Sequence record: SRR31156797_4827
Direction: 5' to 3' (one strand)
DNA length: 64,000 nucleotides
In this document: in pieces, positions 53,246 through 62,515 of the stretch
Numbering within the stretch: the first letter of the stretch is position 1
Layout: every line of letters begins with the position of its first letter
The notes under the pieces: model-generated
The model's input: only the letters and a program-made list of their open reading frames with translations
Database searches by the model: none
What the model was told of the DNA's origin: nothing
Position numbers and translations under genes: made by a program

Positions 53246-54505
53246 ATGGAAACTTATAGTGAAAAAATGTTAAAAGCACTAGCCGCAGAAGAGTTGGCTG
53301 AAGCACAATTGAATTTTACCGAAGCACTGCAAAAAGATGATGATGAAACACTTGGCGCTTTAGGCGATGAATTACTGCAGATCGGTTTTTTAGAAGAGGC
53401 GAAAACGTTATTTGAAACCTTGCAGCAGCGGCATCCTGAAAATGAAGCTTTGCTGCTTCCTTTAGCGGAAATTGCGATGGAAGAAGACCAGATTGAAACA
53501 GCCTTCACCTATATCGATCAAATACCACCAACGAGTGAAGCTTATCTGCAAGCCTTGTTATTGAGTGCGGATCTCTATCAACTGATCGGTATTCCGGAAG
53601 TCAGCGAAGCCAAATTAAAAGAAGCGCAAAGCCTTGTGCCAGAGGAACCCTTGATTCGTTTTGCCTTAGCTGAGTTAGCTTTTTCAACGGATCGCTATCA
53701 AGAAGCTGTTGACCTTTATCAAGGATTGCTGGAAGAAGATATTACGGATATTTCGGGGATTTCGATCGTTGAACGGACCGGAACGTCATTGAGTATGGCA
53801 GGTAAGTTTGAAGAGGCGTTGGAATATTTTGAAGCAAGCTTAGAAGACGAACAGACGGACGAGCGTCTCTTTCAAACGGCTTTAGTCTATTTGCAGCTGA
53901 AGGAAAATGAACAAGCGATTCGCTACTTGCAGCAGTTGCGGGTCATGAATCCCCAATACCGGGCCTTGTATCTTTATTTGGCTGAAGCATTGCAAGAAGA
54001 AGAACAGCTGGAAGAAGCGCAACGTGTGATCGAAGAAGGGATTCATGAAGATCCATATCAAGTGGATTTCTATCATTTTGCTGCCGAGAATGCTTACCGA
54101 CTTCATGACAGTGAAGCAGCCGAGTCATTTTTACTTAAAGCACTGGAAACTGGTGAAAAAGAAGAGGATACATTACTGACTTTGAGTAATTTATACTTGA
54201 ATGAAGCGCGTTGGCAAGAAGCGATCTTGGCGATCGAGCGAATGGAAGACAATGAACAGCCTCACGCTTTATGGAATCTAGCGCAAGCCTTCAATGCGTT
54301 AGAAGATTTTGACAAAGCAGCAAAATATTACGAAGAAGCCAATGCTGATTTGCACCATGAACCGGCGTTTATGAAGGAATACGGCATTTTCTTACGTGAA
54401 GAAGGGCGTTTACCTGAAGCTCTTCATTTGCTACAACATTATTTGGCACACGAACCAGGTGATTTAGAAGTACAGTCGATCGTGGAGGACTTATTAGAAA
54501 GATAG
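53246..54505 (+). CDS. TPR-repeat protein (YpiA-like)
   Basis: Acidic helical repeats with TPR-like A/L/Y patterning; upstream of the ypiB-like gene. Confidence 0.85.
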   Translation: METYSEKMLKALAAEELAEAQLNFTEALQKDDDETLGALGDELLQIGFLEEAKTLFETLQQRHPENEALLLPLAEIAMEEDQIETAFTYIDQIPPTSEAYLQALLLSADLYQLIGIPEVSEAKLKEAQSLVPEEPLIRFALAELAFSTDRYQEAVDLYQGLLEEDITDISGISIVERTGTSLSMAGKFEEALEYFEASLEDEQTDERLFQTALVYLQLKENEQAIRYLQQLRVMNPQYRALYLYLAEALQEEEQLEEAQRVIEEGIHEDPYQVDFYHFAAENAYRLHDSEAAESFLLKALETGEKEEDTLLTLSNLYLNEARWQEAILAIERMEDNEQPHALWNLAQAFNALEDFDKAAKYYEEANADLHHEPAFMKEYGIFLREEGRLPEALHLLQHYLAHEPGDLEVQSIVEDLLER

Positions 54506-54514
54506 GTGAGAGAA

Positions 54515-55072
54515 ATGAACATCAATGTACAAGAAAAGAAAAAGTTTCTTAATTGGTTAGTTTCGACCGTTTCCTTCAGCCGCCGAGAAGTCTCTTGGGT
54601 GTTAAACTATCTGGCGAACCATGAAGCGATCTTGGCCAATGTTCATTTTGTAGAAGGGGCAGCCGCAGCCAAACGGGGCTTAAGTGTCCGCAGTACGGAA
54701 GTTGGAGGCGAACCCTTTGTCTTGAGTATCGAAGGACAGACCTTTTATGACATTGATCAGATTTTTCACGAGATTCGCATGAATTGGAAACAACCCTTGT
54801 ATCTTGAATGTCTCTTTCCAGATTCTTGGTCGCAATCCTTTTATTTAGCAGTTTTAGAAGACAATCCTTATGAACGTTGGAACGACCACTTGGATCAAGA
54901 AATGACCCAACATGTTACCCAGTACCTTGAAAAAGAAGAAGCAAAAACCAAAATTGATACCTTGTATCGGCAGATCGATCTAGCATTGGAAAATGGGGAT
55001 CGTGATGCCTTCTTGGAACTTTCCGATGAAGTAAATCGGCACTTGCTCCAACAAAAAGAAGAAAGCCGCTGA
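54515..55072 (+). CDS. YpiB/ReoY family protein (IDEAL domain)
   Basis: KKKFLNWL..RREVSWVLNYLANHE, FHEIRMN, YLAVLEDNP, QIDLALENGDRDAFLELS. Confidence 0.85.
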   Translation: MNINVQEKKKFLNWLVSTVSFSRREVSWVLNYLANHEAILANVHFVEGAAAAKRGLSVRSTEVGGEPFVLSIEGQTFYDIDQIFHEIRMNWKQPLYLECLFPDSWSQSFYLAVLEDNPYERWNDHLDQEMTQHVTQYLEKEEAKTKIDTLYRQIDLALENGDRDAFLELSDEVNRHLLQQKEESR

Positions 55073-55116
55073 CAAATAAAAAAGCAGTCCTTTAACCGGG
55101 ACTGCTTTTTTAGTCT

Positions 55117-56022
55117 TTATTTTGTTTTAGAGACCGCTGCTTTGCGCTGTAAGAACCGTGACTTAGGTCTTAAGTAGGTAAAGCCTTCGCCTTCGACTTC
55201 ATGGACATTGATGACAGAAACAAACGCTTGCGGATCAAAGTCATGAACAATGCGCTTGACTTCAGAAATCTCCCGTCCGCTGACCACCATATAAATGATT
55301 TGTTTCGATACTCTTGAGTAAGCCCCTTCGCCCTGTAAAAACGTGACACCGCGTTCCAATTCATCCATTAAAACAGGAGCTATCTCTTCGCTATGATTGC
55401 TGATCACTAAAATCCCTTTGGCTGAATAGCCGCCGTCTAAGATCGAATCGATCACACGAGTGAAGACATAAGAAAAAATCAAGGTATACATCATGCGGTT
55501 CAAATCTATATAGGTCAAAGAAAGCAACAGGACGAACACATCAAAGATCAAAAGCGACCGCCCGATCGTCACCCCAAAGTTTTTCTCTAAAATGCGCGCC
55601 AGTACATCGACGCCACCTGTTGTTCCACCGACTTTGTAGACGATCCCACTACCGATCCCTGCAATCAAACCAGCCAAGAGTGCGACGATCAGTAGATCAT
55701 GCTGTAGATCGATCAACAGGGGAACACTCTGCCAAAATGCCAACCAAAAAGACAAACCAAAGGTTCCTAAAATCGTATACACTAATGAGCGTCGACCAAG
55801 AATTTTGCCACCGATCAAAATGATCGGAATATTTAAGATCAATGTACTAATGGCAGGATTGATTCCCCATAAGGCTCGCAGGATCAAGGTGATCCCTGTC
55901 ACACCGCCTTCTGCTAAGTCATTTGGGATATTTAAATAGACTAGACCGAAGCCATAAATACTCGTACCGAAAATAATCAAAACAATGTCGCGAATCGTTC
56001 GCCATGAAAAAAATGCCCGCAT
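55117..56022 (-). CDS. YitT family membrane protein
   Basis: LAEGGVTG, GGTTGGVD, ERGVT..GEGAY, DPQAFV..EVEGEGF. Confidence 0.9.
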   Translation of the reverse strand: MRAFFSWRTIRDIVLIIFGTSIYGFGLVYLNIPNDLAEGGVTGITLILRALWGINPAISTLILNIPIILIGGKILGRRSLVYTILGTFGLSFWLAFWQSVPLLIDLQHDLLIVALLAGLIAGIGSGIVYKVGGTTGGVDVLARILEKNFGVTIGRSLLIFDVFVLLLSLTYIDLNRMMYTLIFSYVFTRVIDSILDGGYSAKGILVISNHSEEIAPVLMDELERGVTFLQGEGAYSRVSKQIIYMVVSGREISEVKRIVHDFDPQAFVSVINVHEVEGEGFTYLRPKSRFLQRKAAVSKTK

Positions 56023-56158
56023 CCTGTTTCCTCCGTTATTCAACTTCCACAAGTATCAATGTAGCACGAAATCATTGAATGTACAACAAATCCTGAGGGG
56101 GCTCTATCTAGGCAGGCAGCCATTCTTTTGGTAAGATAAACGAGAAAGGGTGAAGAAG

Positions 56159-56509
56159 ATGACAGATAAACGTTCCTTGGCATCGATGCAAGAAGAAGTC
56201 GACGCCTATATTCAACAATTTAAAACTGGCTATTTCAGCCCCCTCGCCCAAATGGCTCGTTTGACTGAAGAAGTTGGCGAATTGGCGCGAGAAGTAAATC
56301 ACTATTACGGGGAAAAAAATAAAAAAAGCGATGAAGTTGAAAAGACCGTGGCAGAAGAACTGGGCGATGTACTCTTTGTGACGATGATCATGGCCAATTC
56401 ACTAGACATCGACCTGACTGAAGTGTTTGAGGAAAATATGGCAAAATTCAATCAGCGGGATGCGTATCGTTTTGAAAGAAAAGATGGGAAAGTACATGAA
56501 GCTGACTAA
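56159..56509 (+). CDS. MazG-like nucleotide pyrophosphohydrolase (YpjD)
   Basis: GYFSPLAQMARLTEEVGELARE, EELGDVLF. Confidence 0.9.
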   Translation: MTDKRSLASMQEEVDAYIQQFKTGYFSPLAQMARLTEEVGELAREVNHYYGEKNKKSDEVEKTVAEELGDVLFVTMIMANSLDIDLTEVFEENMAKFNQRDAYRFERKDGKVHEAD

Positions 56510-57710
56510 ACTACCAAAAGAATTTGCAGAAGCTGCGCCACTCCTAAAAAAAATCGAAGCCGCGGGCTATGAAGCATACTTTGTTGGCGGCAGCGTGCGG
56601 GATACGATTTTAGGCCAGCCGATCCATGATGTCGATATTGCTACCAGTGCGTTTCCAGCCGAAATCAAGGCGCTTTTTCCTCGAACCATTGACATTGGTA
56701 TCGAGCATGGGACGGTGCTGGTCTTGTGGGAACAGGCGCAATATGAGATTACCACCTTTCGAACCGAAGCCGCCTATCAGGATTATCGCAGACCTGACAA
56801 AGTTGATTTTGTCCGTTCCTTGAAAGAAGATCTAAAGCGGCGGGATTTTACCATCAATGCATTGGCACTTCAAGAAGATGGGGTCATCATTGATCTTTTC
56901 GATGGTCTGGCAGATATCGACAATCAGATTTTACGAGCAGTGGGTCACCCGCAGGAACGTTTCCATGAGGATGCCCTACGAATGATGCGGGGGCTGCGTT
57001 TTGTCAGTCAATTGGGCTTTGTTTTAGAAACAGAAACATTGGCTGCTATCCATGCGAATCATGCCTTGTTGGGGAAAATCTCTGTTGAACGGATCATGAT
57101 TGAATTCGTGAAATTGCTGTTAGGCAATCATCGGAACCAAGCACTACGAGCACTAGTAGAAACCGAATGCTATATCTATTGCCCAGGCTTACGGGAATAC
57201 GGTGAGGCGTTACTGCGGATGGCAGACCTGCCAGCGATCCCATTAGAAAACGAAACGACGGCTTGGGTATTGCTCATTGACCAAATCGGTTTAGCTCCTG
57301 AGGCAGTCCGCAGCTTTTTAAAAGCTTGGAAATGTTCGAATGACTGCATCCGCCAAGTACAAACGGTCTATCAAGCACTGCTAATGCGTCGAAACGGCGA
57401 ATGGAACGATCTGCTGTTGTATCAGTTCGGTTTAGAAGCAACCTGTTTAGCTGAAGGATTATTGCGTTATGACAAGCTGCCCAATGATCCTGCAAAAATC
57501 AGTCAGCGCTATCAGCAGCTACCGATCCATTCACTGAAGGAGCTGGCGATCAATGGACGTGATTTACTGCAGACAGTTGATCGTTCTTCTGGTCCGTGGC
57601 TCAAAGAAGTCTTGGCCGCTGCCGAAGCTGCAGTCATCACACGAAAAATCCCTAATGAAAAAGAAGCACTATTGGCGTTTGCCCAAGCATATTTAGCGAA
57701 GGAGGGATAA
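56496..57710 (+). CDS. cca: CCA-adding tRNA nucleotidyltransferase
   Basis: VGGSVRD..DVDIATS, EITTFR, DLKRRDFTINA, RFHEDALR. Confidence 0.95.
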   Translation: MKLTKLPKEFAEAAPLLKKIEAAGYEAYFVGGSVRDTILGQPIHDVDIATSAFPAEIKALFPRTIDIGIEHGTVLVLWEQAQYEITTFRTEAAYQDYRRPDKVDFVRSLKEDLKRRDFTINALALQEDGVIIDLFDGLADIDNQILRAVGHPQERFHEDALRMMRGLRFVSQLGFVLETETLAAIHANHALLGKISVERIMIEFVKLLLGNHRNQALRALVETECYIYCPGLREYGEALLRMADLPAIPLENETTAWVLLIDQIGLAPEAVRSFLKAWKCSNDCIRQVQTVYQALLMRRNGEWNDLLLYQFGLEATCLAEGLLRYDKLPNDPAKISQRYQQLPIHSLKELAINGRDLLQTVDRSSGPWLKEVLAAAEAAVITRKIPNEKEALLAFAQAYLAKEG

Positions 57711-57717
57711 CTGAAGA

Positions 57718-58086
57718 ATGGAAAGCAAAAAAGACTTTCTCGTTGACCTTCAAGACACTGCGGCTGTTTTGGGTTCTGGCGGTTTAGCGGTTTTAGCAAC
57801 CCCTCGACTAGTCGCAATGGTGGAAAACACCTGTTGGGAAGCACTTGAGCCTACTTTAGATAAAGGGTTTACCACCGTCGGTACAAAGTTTTCGATCGAT
57901 CATTTGAAACCTTCACCAGTCGGAGCGACAATCACAGTTCTTATACAATGGGAAAAAGAACAAGGATTCCAGTTTGATTATCAGGTGACCGATGGGGCGC
58001 AACAACTCATTGCTAAAGGGACTCATCAACGAGCGGCGGTGGAAATCTCTCGGTTTATGAAAAAAGTCAACGAAAACCAAAGTTAA
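57718..58086 (+). CDS. Hot-dog thioesterase (FlK-like)
   Basis: GSGGLAVLATP..MVE, TTVGT..IDHLKPSPVG, GTHQRA. Confidence 0.85.
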   Translation: MESKKDFLVDLQDTAAVLGSGGLAVLATPRLVAMVENTCWEALEPTLDKGFTTVGTKFSIDHLKPSPVGATITVLIQWEKEQGFQFDYQVTDGAQQLIAKGTHQRAAVEISRFMKKVNENQS

Positions 58087-58153
58087 TTTGTGTCCCAGTA
58101 GCGACTATGTGTTAGAATTAAAATGTATTATTAATAAAAAGGAGCGTTTTGTC

Positions 58154-58612
58154 ATGGCTAGAGAAATGAAAGCTTTAAAATTTTATTTCCGTAATGGAGA
58201 AACATGGACGATCGAGCGCCGTTACATCGGTGACTTATGGATCAAACAAATCACGACCAGTTTTGGCCGTATCCACGGAAGCGAATTCGTTGAGATTCAT
58301 CCATGTGCTGGGTTCAAAATTGAAATCTTTCAAGAAGGCGATCATGTGGCAACACATGACATCAACTTAGGCGGACTTGAATTAGGGATGTTTGCTCGTG
58401 CGTTGAAATATGAAGATATTGAACGGATGGAAATTCTTTACCGTAACGGTACACCGGATCTTGTTTATTTCCCATACAAGGACAAAGATACGGAAGGATT
58501 GGATAATGTATACCAATCAACAAAAATCAGTGAAAAAACGAAGAGTCTGTATATCGTGATCGACCCAAATCAAACGGTTGATGATGTTTATCAAGAACAT
58601 TTCGAAGAATAA
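58154..58612 (+). CDS. Hypothetical protein (152 aa)
   Basis: ATG 58154 after AAGGAG; closed by a terminator at 58614-58648. Confidence 0.8.
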   Translation: MAREMKALKFYFRNGETWTIERRYIGDLWIKQITTSFGRIHGSEFVEIHPCAGFKIEIFQEGDHVATHDINLGGLELGMFARALKYEDIERMEILYRNGTPDLVYFPYKDKDTEGLDNVYQSTKISEKTKSLYIVIDPNQTVDDVYQEHFEE

Positions 58613-58613
58613 G

Positions 58614-58648
58614 AAAAACGCAGAACCAGTTGGTTCTGCGTTTTTTTT
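58614..58648. terminator. Bidirectional terminator
   Basis: AAAAACGCAGAACCA / TGGTTCTGCGTTTTT. Confidence 0.85.
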
Positions 58649-58923
58649 TAGAATGTTTCTTGGAACATATCCGTATACTTTTTTAATAAAAGATAATCTT
58701 CGGCATATTCATCCTTTAAAACGATTGTATCGCCAAAGAAACTCTTACGAGCATGTTGAATGATCCGATGCTGAATATCTTTTTCCAGAAGGTAATCGAT
58801 CTCAGACTGTTTCAGGTTTTGTGCAGCAGTCGCCCGATTCTTTTCTAAATATTGCAGCAAATCGTACTCAAGGTGTCCCGCACCATTGATGACTCGTTTG
58901 TATTCGATTTTGTCAATTTTCAT
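58648..58923 (-). CDS. Hypothetical protein (91 aa)
   Basis: ATG with AAGGAGTG RBS; converges on the terminator. Confidence 0.7.
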   Translation of the reverse strand: MKIDKIEYKRVINGAGHLEYDLLQYLEKNRATAAQNLKQSEIDYLLEKDIQHRIIQHARKSFFGDTIVLKDEYAEDYLLLKKYTDMFQETF

Positions 58924-59066
58924 CTGCTCACACTCCTTGCTATTAAAGTACCTTAGAAAGAAGTAAAGGGGGAGATGGGGGCCTCGAAATTACATAAATC
59001 TTTAAAAAATGGATCGTTTGTTAATGTTATCTTAAGATTTGTCATCGAAAAGGAAAGAAAAACGAG

Positions 59067-60461
59067 TCAAGTGCCAGTATTTTTTGAACCATCAGCAAAC
59101 GGTTCTTTTTCTTTTTGCTGATGGACAGGTCCTATGTTGGCGATCCCATCTAGACCACCAGCGTGACCACCGACTAATTTGCTGCGTGCAATGGCACGAG
59201 CGCCTTCCATTCGGCTTGTGGCATGAACGATCGAAGTGAAGCCGTATTTCTCACGAATCTTATCGATGATCAAATCTAATTTACGCTGGCGTAATTGCGT
59301 TTCTGCTTGCTCAAAAAGATCCAGCTGGACATTTTCTGTATAAACCAATTTTGAATAGGTGATACCGATGTGGCGAACGACTTGCCCGGTATAAAATTTT
59401 CGAAAGAGAAATAGGCAATGAGCAACAAGCTTACGTGTATTGTCAGTTGGCGGGATTTTCATTTGTCGGGAAAAGCCAGAGGCAGTTTCACCAAAGGCTA
59501 CGCCGATGTAAACATTGATACAAGCGGTCTGACAATGATGGCGGCGAATTCGAGCGGCAACTTGCTCTGCCATTTCCTTGATGACGATCTCGATTTCTTC
59601 TTGTAAATAATAATTGCGATGTAGGACCTGACTATTGCCGTAGCTTTTTTCCATGACCTGCGGTGTCGGTTCGGCTAAAATGGTGCGGTCAATGCCGTGA
59701 GCGTGATGGTAGAGCTGCTCACCAATGATTCCCATGCGACTGCGCAAAAGATCAGGACTGGCATGAGCCAATTGTTCAATAGATTCAATCCCCATCAAGT
59801 GAAGTCGTTTTTCTGTGCGTCGACCGATTCCCCAAAACTCAGTCATGGGGCTGATTTGCCAAACTTTTGTCGGGACATCTTCGTAGGTCCATTCGGCAAT
59901 CAAGGAACGGTTGTGTTTGGATTCGTTATCTAAAGCTAGTTTTGCTAACAAAGGATTGTCACCAATACCGATGGTGACATACAATTTCGTTGTTTCGTAA
60001 ATGTCTTTTTGAATTTGCTGGGCAATCAGCCAACGTTTTTCTTCGCGAGAAATCGTGTTATCAGGAATGAAAAGATCCAGTGTACGGGTCAGATCCATCA
60101 TCGTTTCGTCGATTGAATAGAGCAGCAAATCATCTTGTCCAACATATTTGCGAAAGACATCATTGACTTTGGTGTTTTCTTTGATATAAAAACTCATACG
60201 TGGCGATGCTTTGTACAAATCGGGATGCGTCGGCAGATTGTCATTGCGGGTCACATTTGAAATTCCTAAAGCCGATTTTGCCTTTGGGGAAGCCGCTAAG
60301 ATTAAGCCGTTTCCAGTATTGTCAGAATGAGACATGACGACCAGCATCGCTTGGATAGGGTCTAAGCCGCGCGAGATGCATTCGACAGAAGCATAAAAAC
60401 TTTTGACATCGATAAATAAGATATCGCGTTTTGGCTCGAGCGCATAATTAAAACCACCCAT
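59067..60461 (-). CDS. Y-family DNA polymerase (UmuC/ImpB/UvrX type)
   Basis: FIDVKSFYASVE, YSIDE, GIGDNPLLAKLALD, FWGIG, C-terminal QLDLF clamp motif and GGHAGG. Confidence 0.92.
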   Translation of the reverse strand: MGGFNYALEPKRDILFIDVKSFYASVECISRGLDPIQAMLVVMSHSDNTGNGLILAASPKAKSALGISNVTRNDNLPTHPDLYKASPRMSFYIKENTKVNDVFRKYVGQDDLLLYSIDETMMDLTRTLDLFIPDNTISREEKRWLIAQQIQKDIYETTKLYVTIGIGDNPLLAKLALDNESKHNRSLIAEWTYEDVPTKVWQISPMTEFWGIGRRTEKRLHLMGIESIEQLAHASPDLLRSRMGIIGEQLYHHAHGIDRTILAEPTPQVMEKSYGNSQVLHRNYYLQEEIEIVIKEMAEQVAARIRRHHCQTACINVYIGVAFGETASGFSRQMKIPPTDNTRKLVAHCLFLFRKFYTGQVVRHIGITYSKLVYTENVQLDLFEQAETQLRQRKLDLIIDKIREKYGFTSIVHATSRMEGARAIARSKLVGGHAGGLDGIANIGPVHQQKEKEPFADGSKNTGT

Positions 60462-60481
60462 TTTTATCACTCCTTACCGAG

Positions 60482-60511
60482 ATTATACGAACGTTTGTTC
60501 TTTTTTGTCAA
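60482..60511 (-). promoter_or_regulatory. SOS promoter with LexA (Cheo) box
   Basis: Minus strand TTGACA, 18 nt, TATAAT, with GAAC-GTTT-GTTC (60489-60500) between the hexamers. Confidence 0.85.
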
Positions 60512-60715
60512 GCGAACAGGAGCGGATGGGTGGATTTGTTTTTTTATAGAGAGATTATTTTTGGCTTATAATGATGGGAAACGTTGTTTTATAAGGGATA
60601 CATTCATTTCAGGTTATCAGAATCCGATTGGACATAAAAACGTGATTTTGTCTTTTTACCCGAAGGTGTGATTAAAAAAACAGCCGATCCATTGGACCGA
60701 CTGTCGTAGCTTAAA

Positions 60716-61102
60716 TCAATTTTCGGCAGGTAGCATTGCAAACAAACTTAAGAGATTGCCGTCTATATCTTTGACGATGGCATAGCGTTGCCCCCAAAAG
60801 GCACACCAAGGTTCTTTGAAAGACTGATACCCGGCAGCTACGACTTTTGCATGAAGGGCATCAACCTCTTCAGGGGAATCACATAAAAAGGCTAATTCAA
60901 TTGTGTCACCAACAGTCATTGGTGCATGTCCGTAGATCCCGGCAACCATCTGGCGGCTATTCAAAGAGATGCGAACCCCGTCGTTTGCTAATTCCATATA
61001 ATCTTCTGAGTGCTGACCTAATGGCGTGAAGCCAAGTACTTGATAAAAAGCCAGTGCCTGTTCCATGTTTTTTGTGATAATACCAACCATATCTAGTTTC
61101 AT
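60716..61102 (-). CDS. VOC/glyoxalase family protein
   Basis: DMVGII..ALAFYQVLGF, IELAFLC, EPWCAFWGQRYAIVKDIDGN. Confidence 0.88.
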   Translation of the reverse strand: MKLDMVGIITKNMEQALAFYQVLGFTPLGQHSEDYMELANDGVRISLNSRQMVAGIYGHAPMTVGDTIELAFLCDSPEEVDALHAKVVAAGYQSFKEPWCAFWGQRYAIVKDIDGNLLSLFAMLPAEN

Positions 61103-61166
61103 TGTTTTCTTCCTTTCTTGTGGGAATTCTTTCCATAACAGTCAATGCAGTTGCTAGCAATGAAGA

Positions 61167-61577
61167 TTACCTCGTTTCTGTCAGACGGTAATGGTGCAAC
61201 CGTTCAGCCAACGTACCAGTATGTAGTTCAAACAAATGGTTGTCATCGTCGTAAAAGTAAATGGAAGCACCTTCGCCTTTGATACGAGAACGATCTTTTT
61301 CGATCTTCAATCCTAGTCCTTGGATGCGCGTAATCAAGGAATCGATTTGAGTTTGATCGATTTTAAAGGCAATATGGTTATACGTTTTCGGCAGCTTCTG
61401 GGAGGCATCCTCCATAACAGCAAGCCATAAGCCATCGATCAAAAAGAATTTTTCTGGGAAGTAAGAATGGGGCTGGTCTCGGCTATCATAAATTTCCTCT
61501 GCTTCAAACAATGTTTCCAGCATCGTTGTCGTCTTTGCTAAATTCTGTACGATCAACGTGATATGGGAAATCTCCAT
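61167..61577 (-). CDS. fosX: FosX-family fosfomycin resistance hydrolase
   Basis: SHITLIV, AEEIYDS, EKFFLI.GLW, TYNHIAF, GEG.SIYFYD.DNHLFELHTGTL.ERL: the FosX signature with His/His/Glu metal ligands. Confidence 0.88.
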   Translation of the reverse strand: MEISHITLIVQNLAKTTTMLETLFEAEEIYDSRDQPHSYFPEKFFLIDGLWLAVMEDASQKLPKTYNHIAFKIDQTQIDSLITRIQGLGLKIEKDRSRIKGEGASIYFYDDDNHLFELHTGTLAERLHHYRLTETR

Positions 61578-61647
61578 CGCATCAACACTCCTTCGTTATG
61601 ACGAAATAGGGGAAAGAGAAACAATTAGTATCAAAATAAGCATTATG

Positions 61648-61899
61648 TTAGTGATTGTAAAATACCAATAGGAAGAGCAGAACATAAAACAGTGCATCAG
61701 TTGTGCAAGGAATAACTTTCTTCTTGTATTTTGTCCAAAAGAAGACATTTATTAAGAAGAGGATAATCACTGTCGGTAAGCTAAAGGTCCAAGCAGGGTG
61801 TTTAATGAAAATGAAAAGCATATTTCCAATAAGAGCAAAAAGAAAAGCGCCATAAAACAGACGATAGTTACTAGGTAGATACGTAAAATTGCCAAGCAT
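61648..61899 (-). CDS. Small three-helix membrane protein (83 aa)
   Basis: AGGAGGTG RBS; three hydrophobic segments. Confidence 0.65.
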   Translation of the reverse strand: MLGNFTYLPSNYRLFYGAFLFALIGNMLFIFIKHPAWTFSLPTVIILFLINVFFWTKYKKKVIPCTTDALFYVLLFLLVFYNH

Positions 61900-62175
61900 G
61901 GGTTCACCTCCTATAGGCAGTATAGCATGAAAGGATCGACTGGCACTCAAAGTATATTGAAAGGACAGCTAGAAGAAAAAGCTAGTTCATGTTCTATGTG
62001 CCGCCTTTGTTGAACATTAGTTTCTTTTTTACATTATACATTAAAATTTATTTATACGTCGCTTCAAAGAAAAAGTTGGCTCAAAAGTTCAAAGCAAATA
62101 AGTGAAAATAGGGGAGTGGTTGTGTAAAGAGGGAAATAAAAATGCAGCAGCTATCATTGCAAAATGTCTGAAAAA

Positions 62176-62220
62176 AAGAAGTTCGCAAACGCCTTGGTTA
62201 TCAGCGTTTGCGAACTTCTT
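62176..62220. terminator. Long inverted repeat downstream of rpmG (terminator)
   Basis: AAGAAGTTCGCAAACGC / GCGTTTGCGAACTTCTT, with a T run on the minus strand. Confidence 0.8.
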
Positions 62221-62228
62221 AAATAGTA

Positions 62229-62378
62229 TTATTTTGTTTCGCGGTGTAAAGTAACTTTTCTTTCACGTGGGCAATATTTTTTCTTTTCCAAACGATCAGG
62301 ATTGTTACGTTTGTTTTTGTTTGATAAGTAGTTGCGTTCTTTACAAGAAGTGCACTCTAATGTGATGTTTACGCGCAT
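62229..62378 (-). CDS. rpmG: 50S ribosomal protein L33
   Basis: Translated by hand (below the ORF-track cutoff): [49 protein letters not shown]. Confidence 0.96.
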   Translation of the reverse strand: MRVNITLECTSCKERNYLSNKNKRNNPDRLEKKKYCPRERKVTLHRETK

Positions 62379-62515
62379 GATTTTCCCCCCTAACGATACA
62401 AGAATCCTCTAAGAAATCTCTCAGACTAAAATATAATAGCATGTTTTGTGCGGGAATGCTAGCTTTTTCCTGAAATTTGTTAAGTAGTTTTACTTGACGA
62501 ATTACTTGAAACGCA

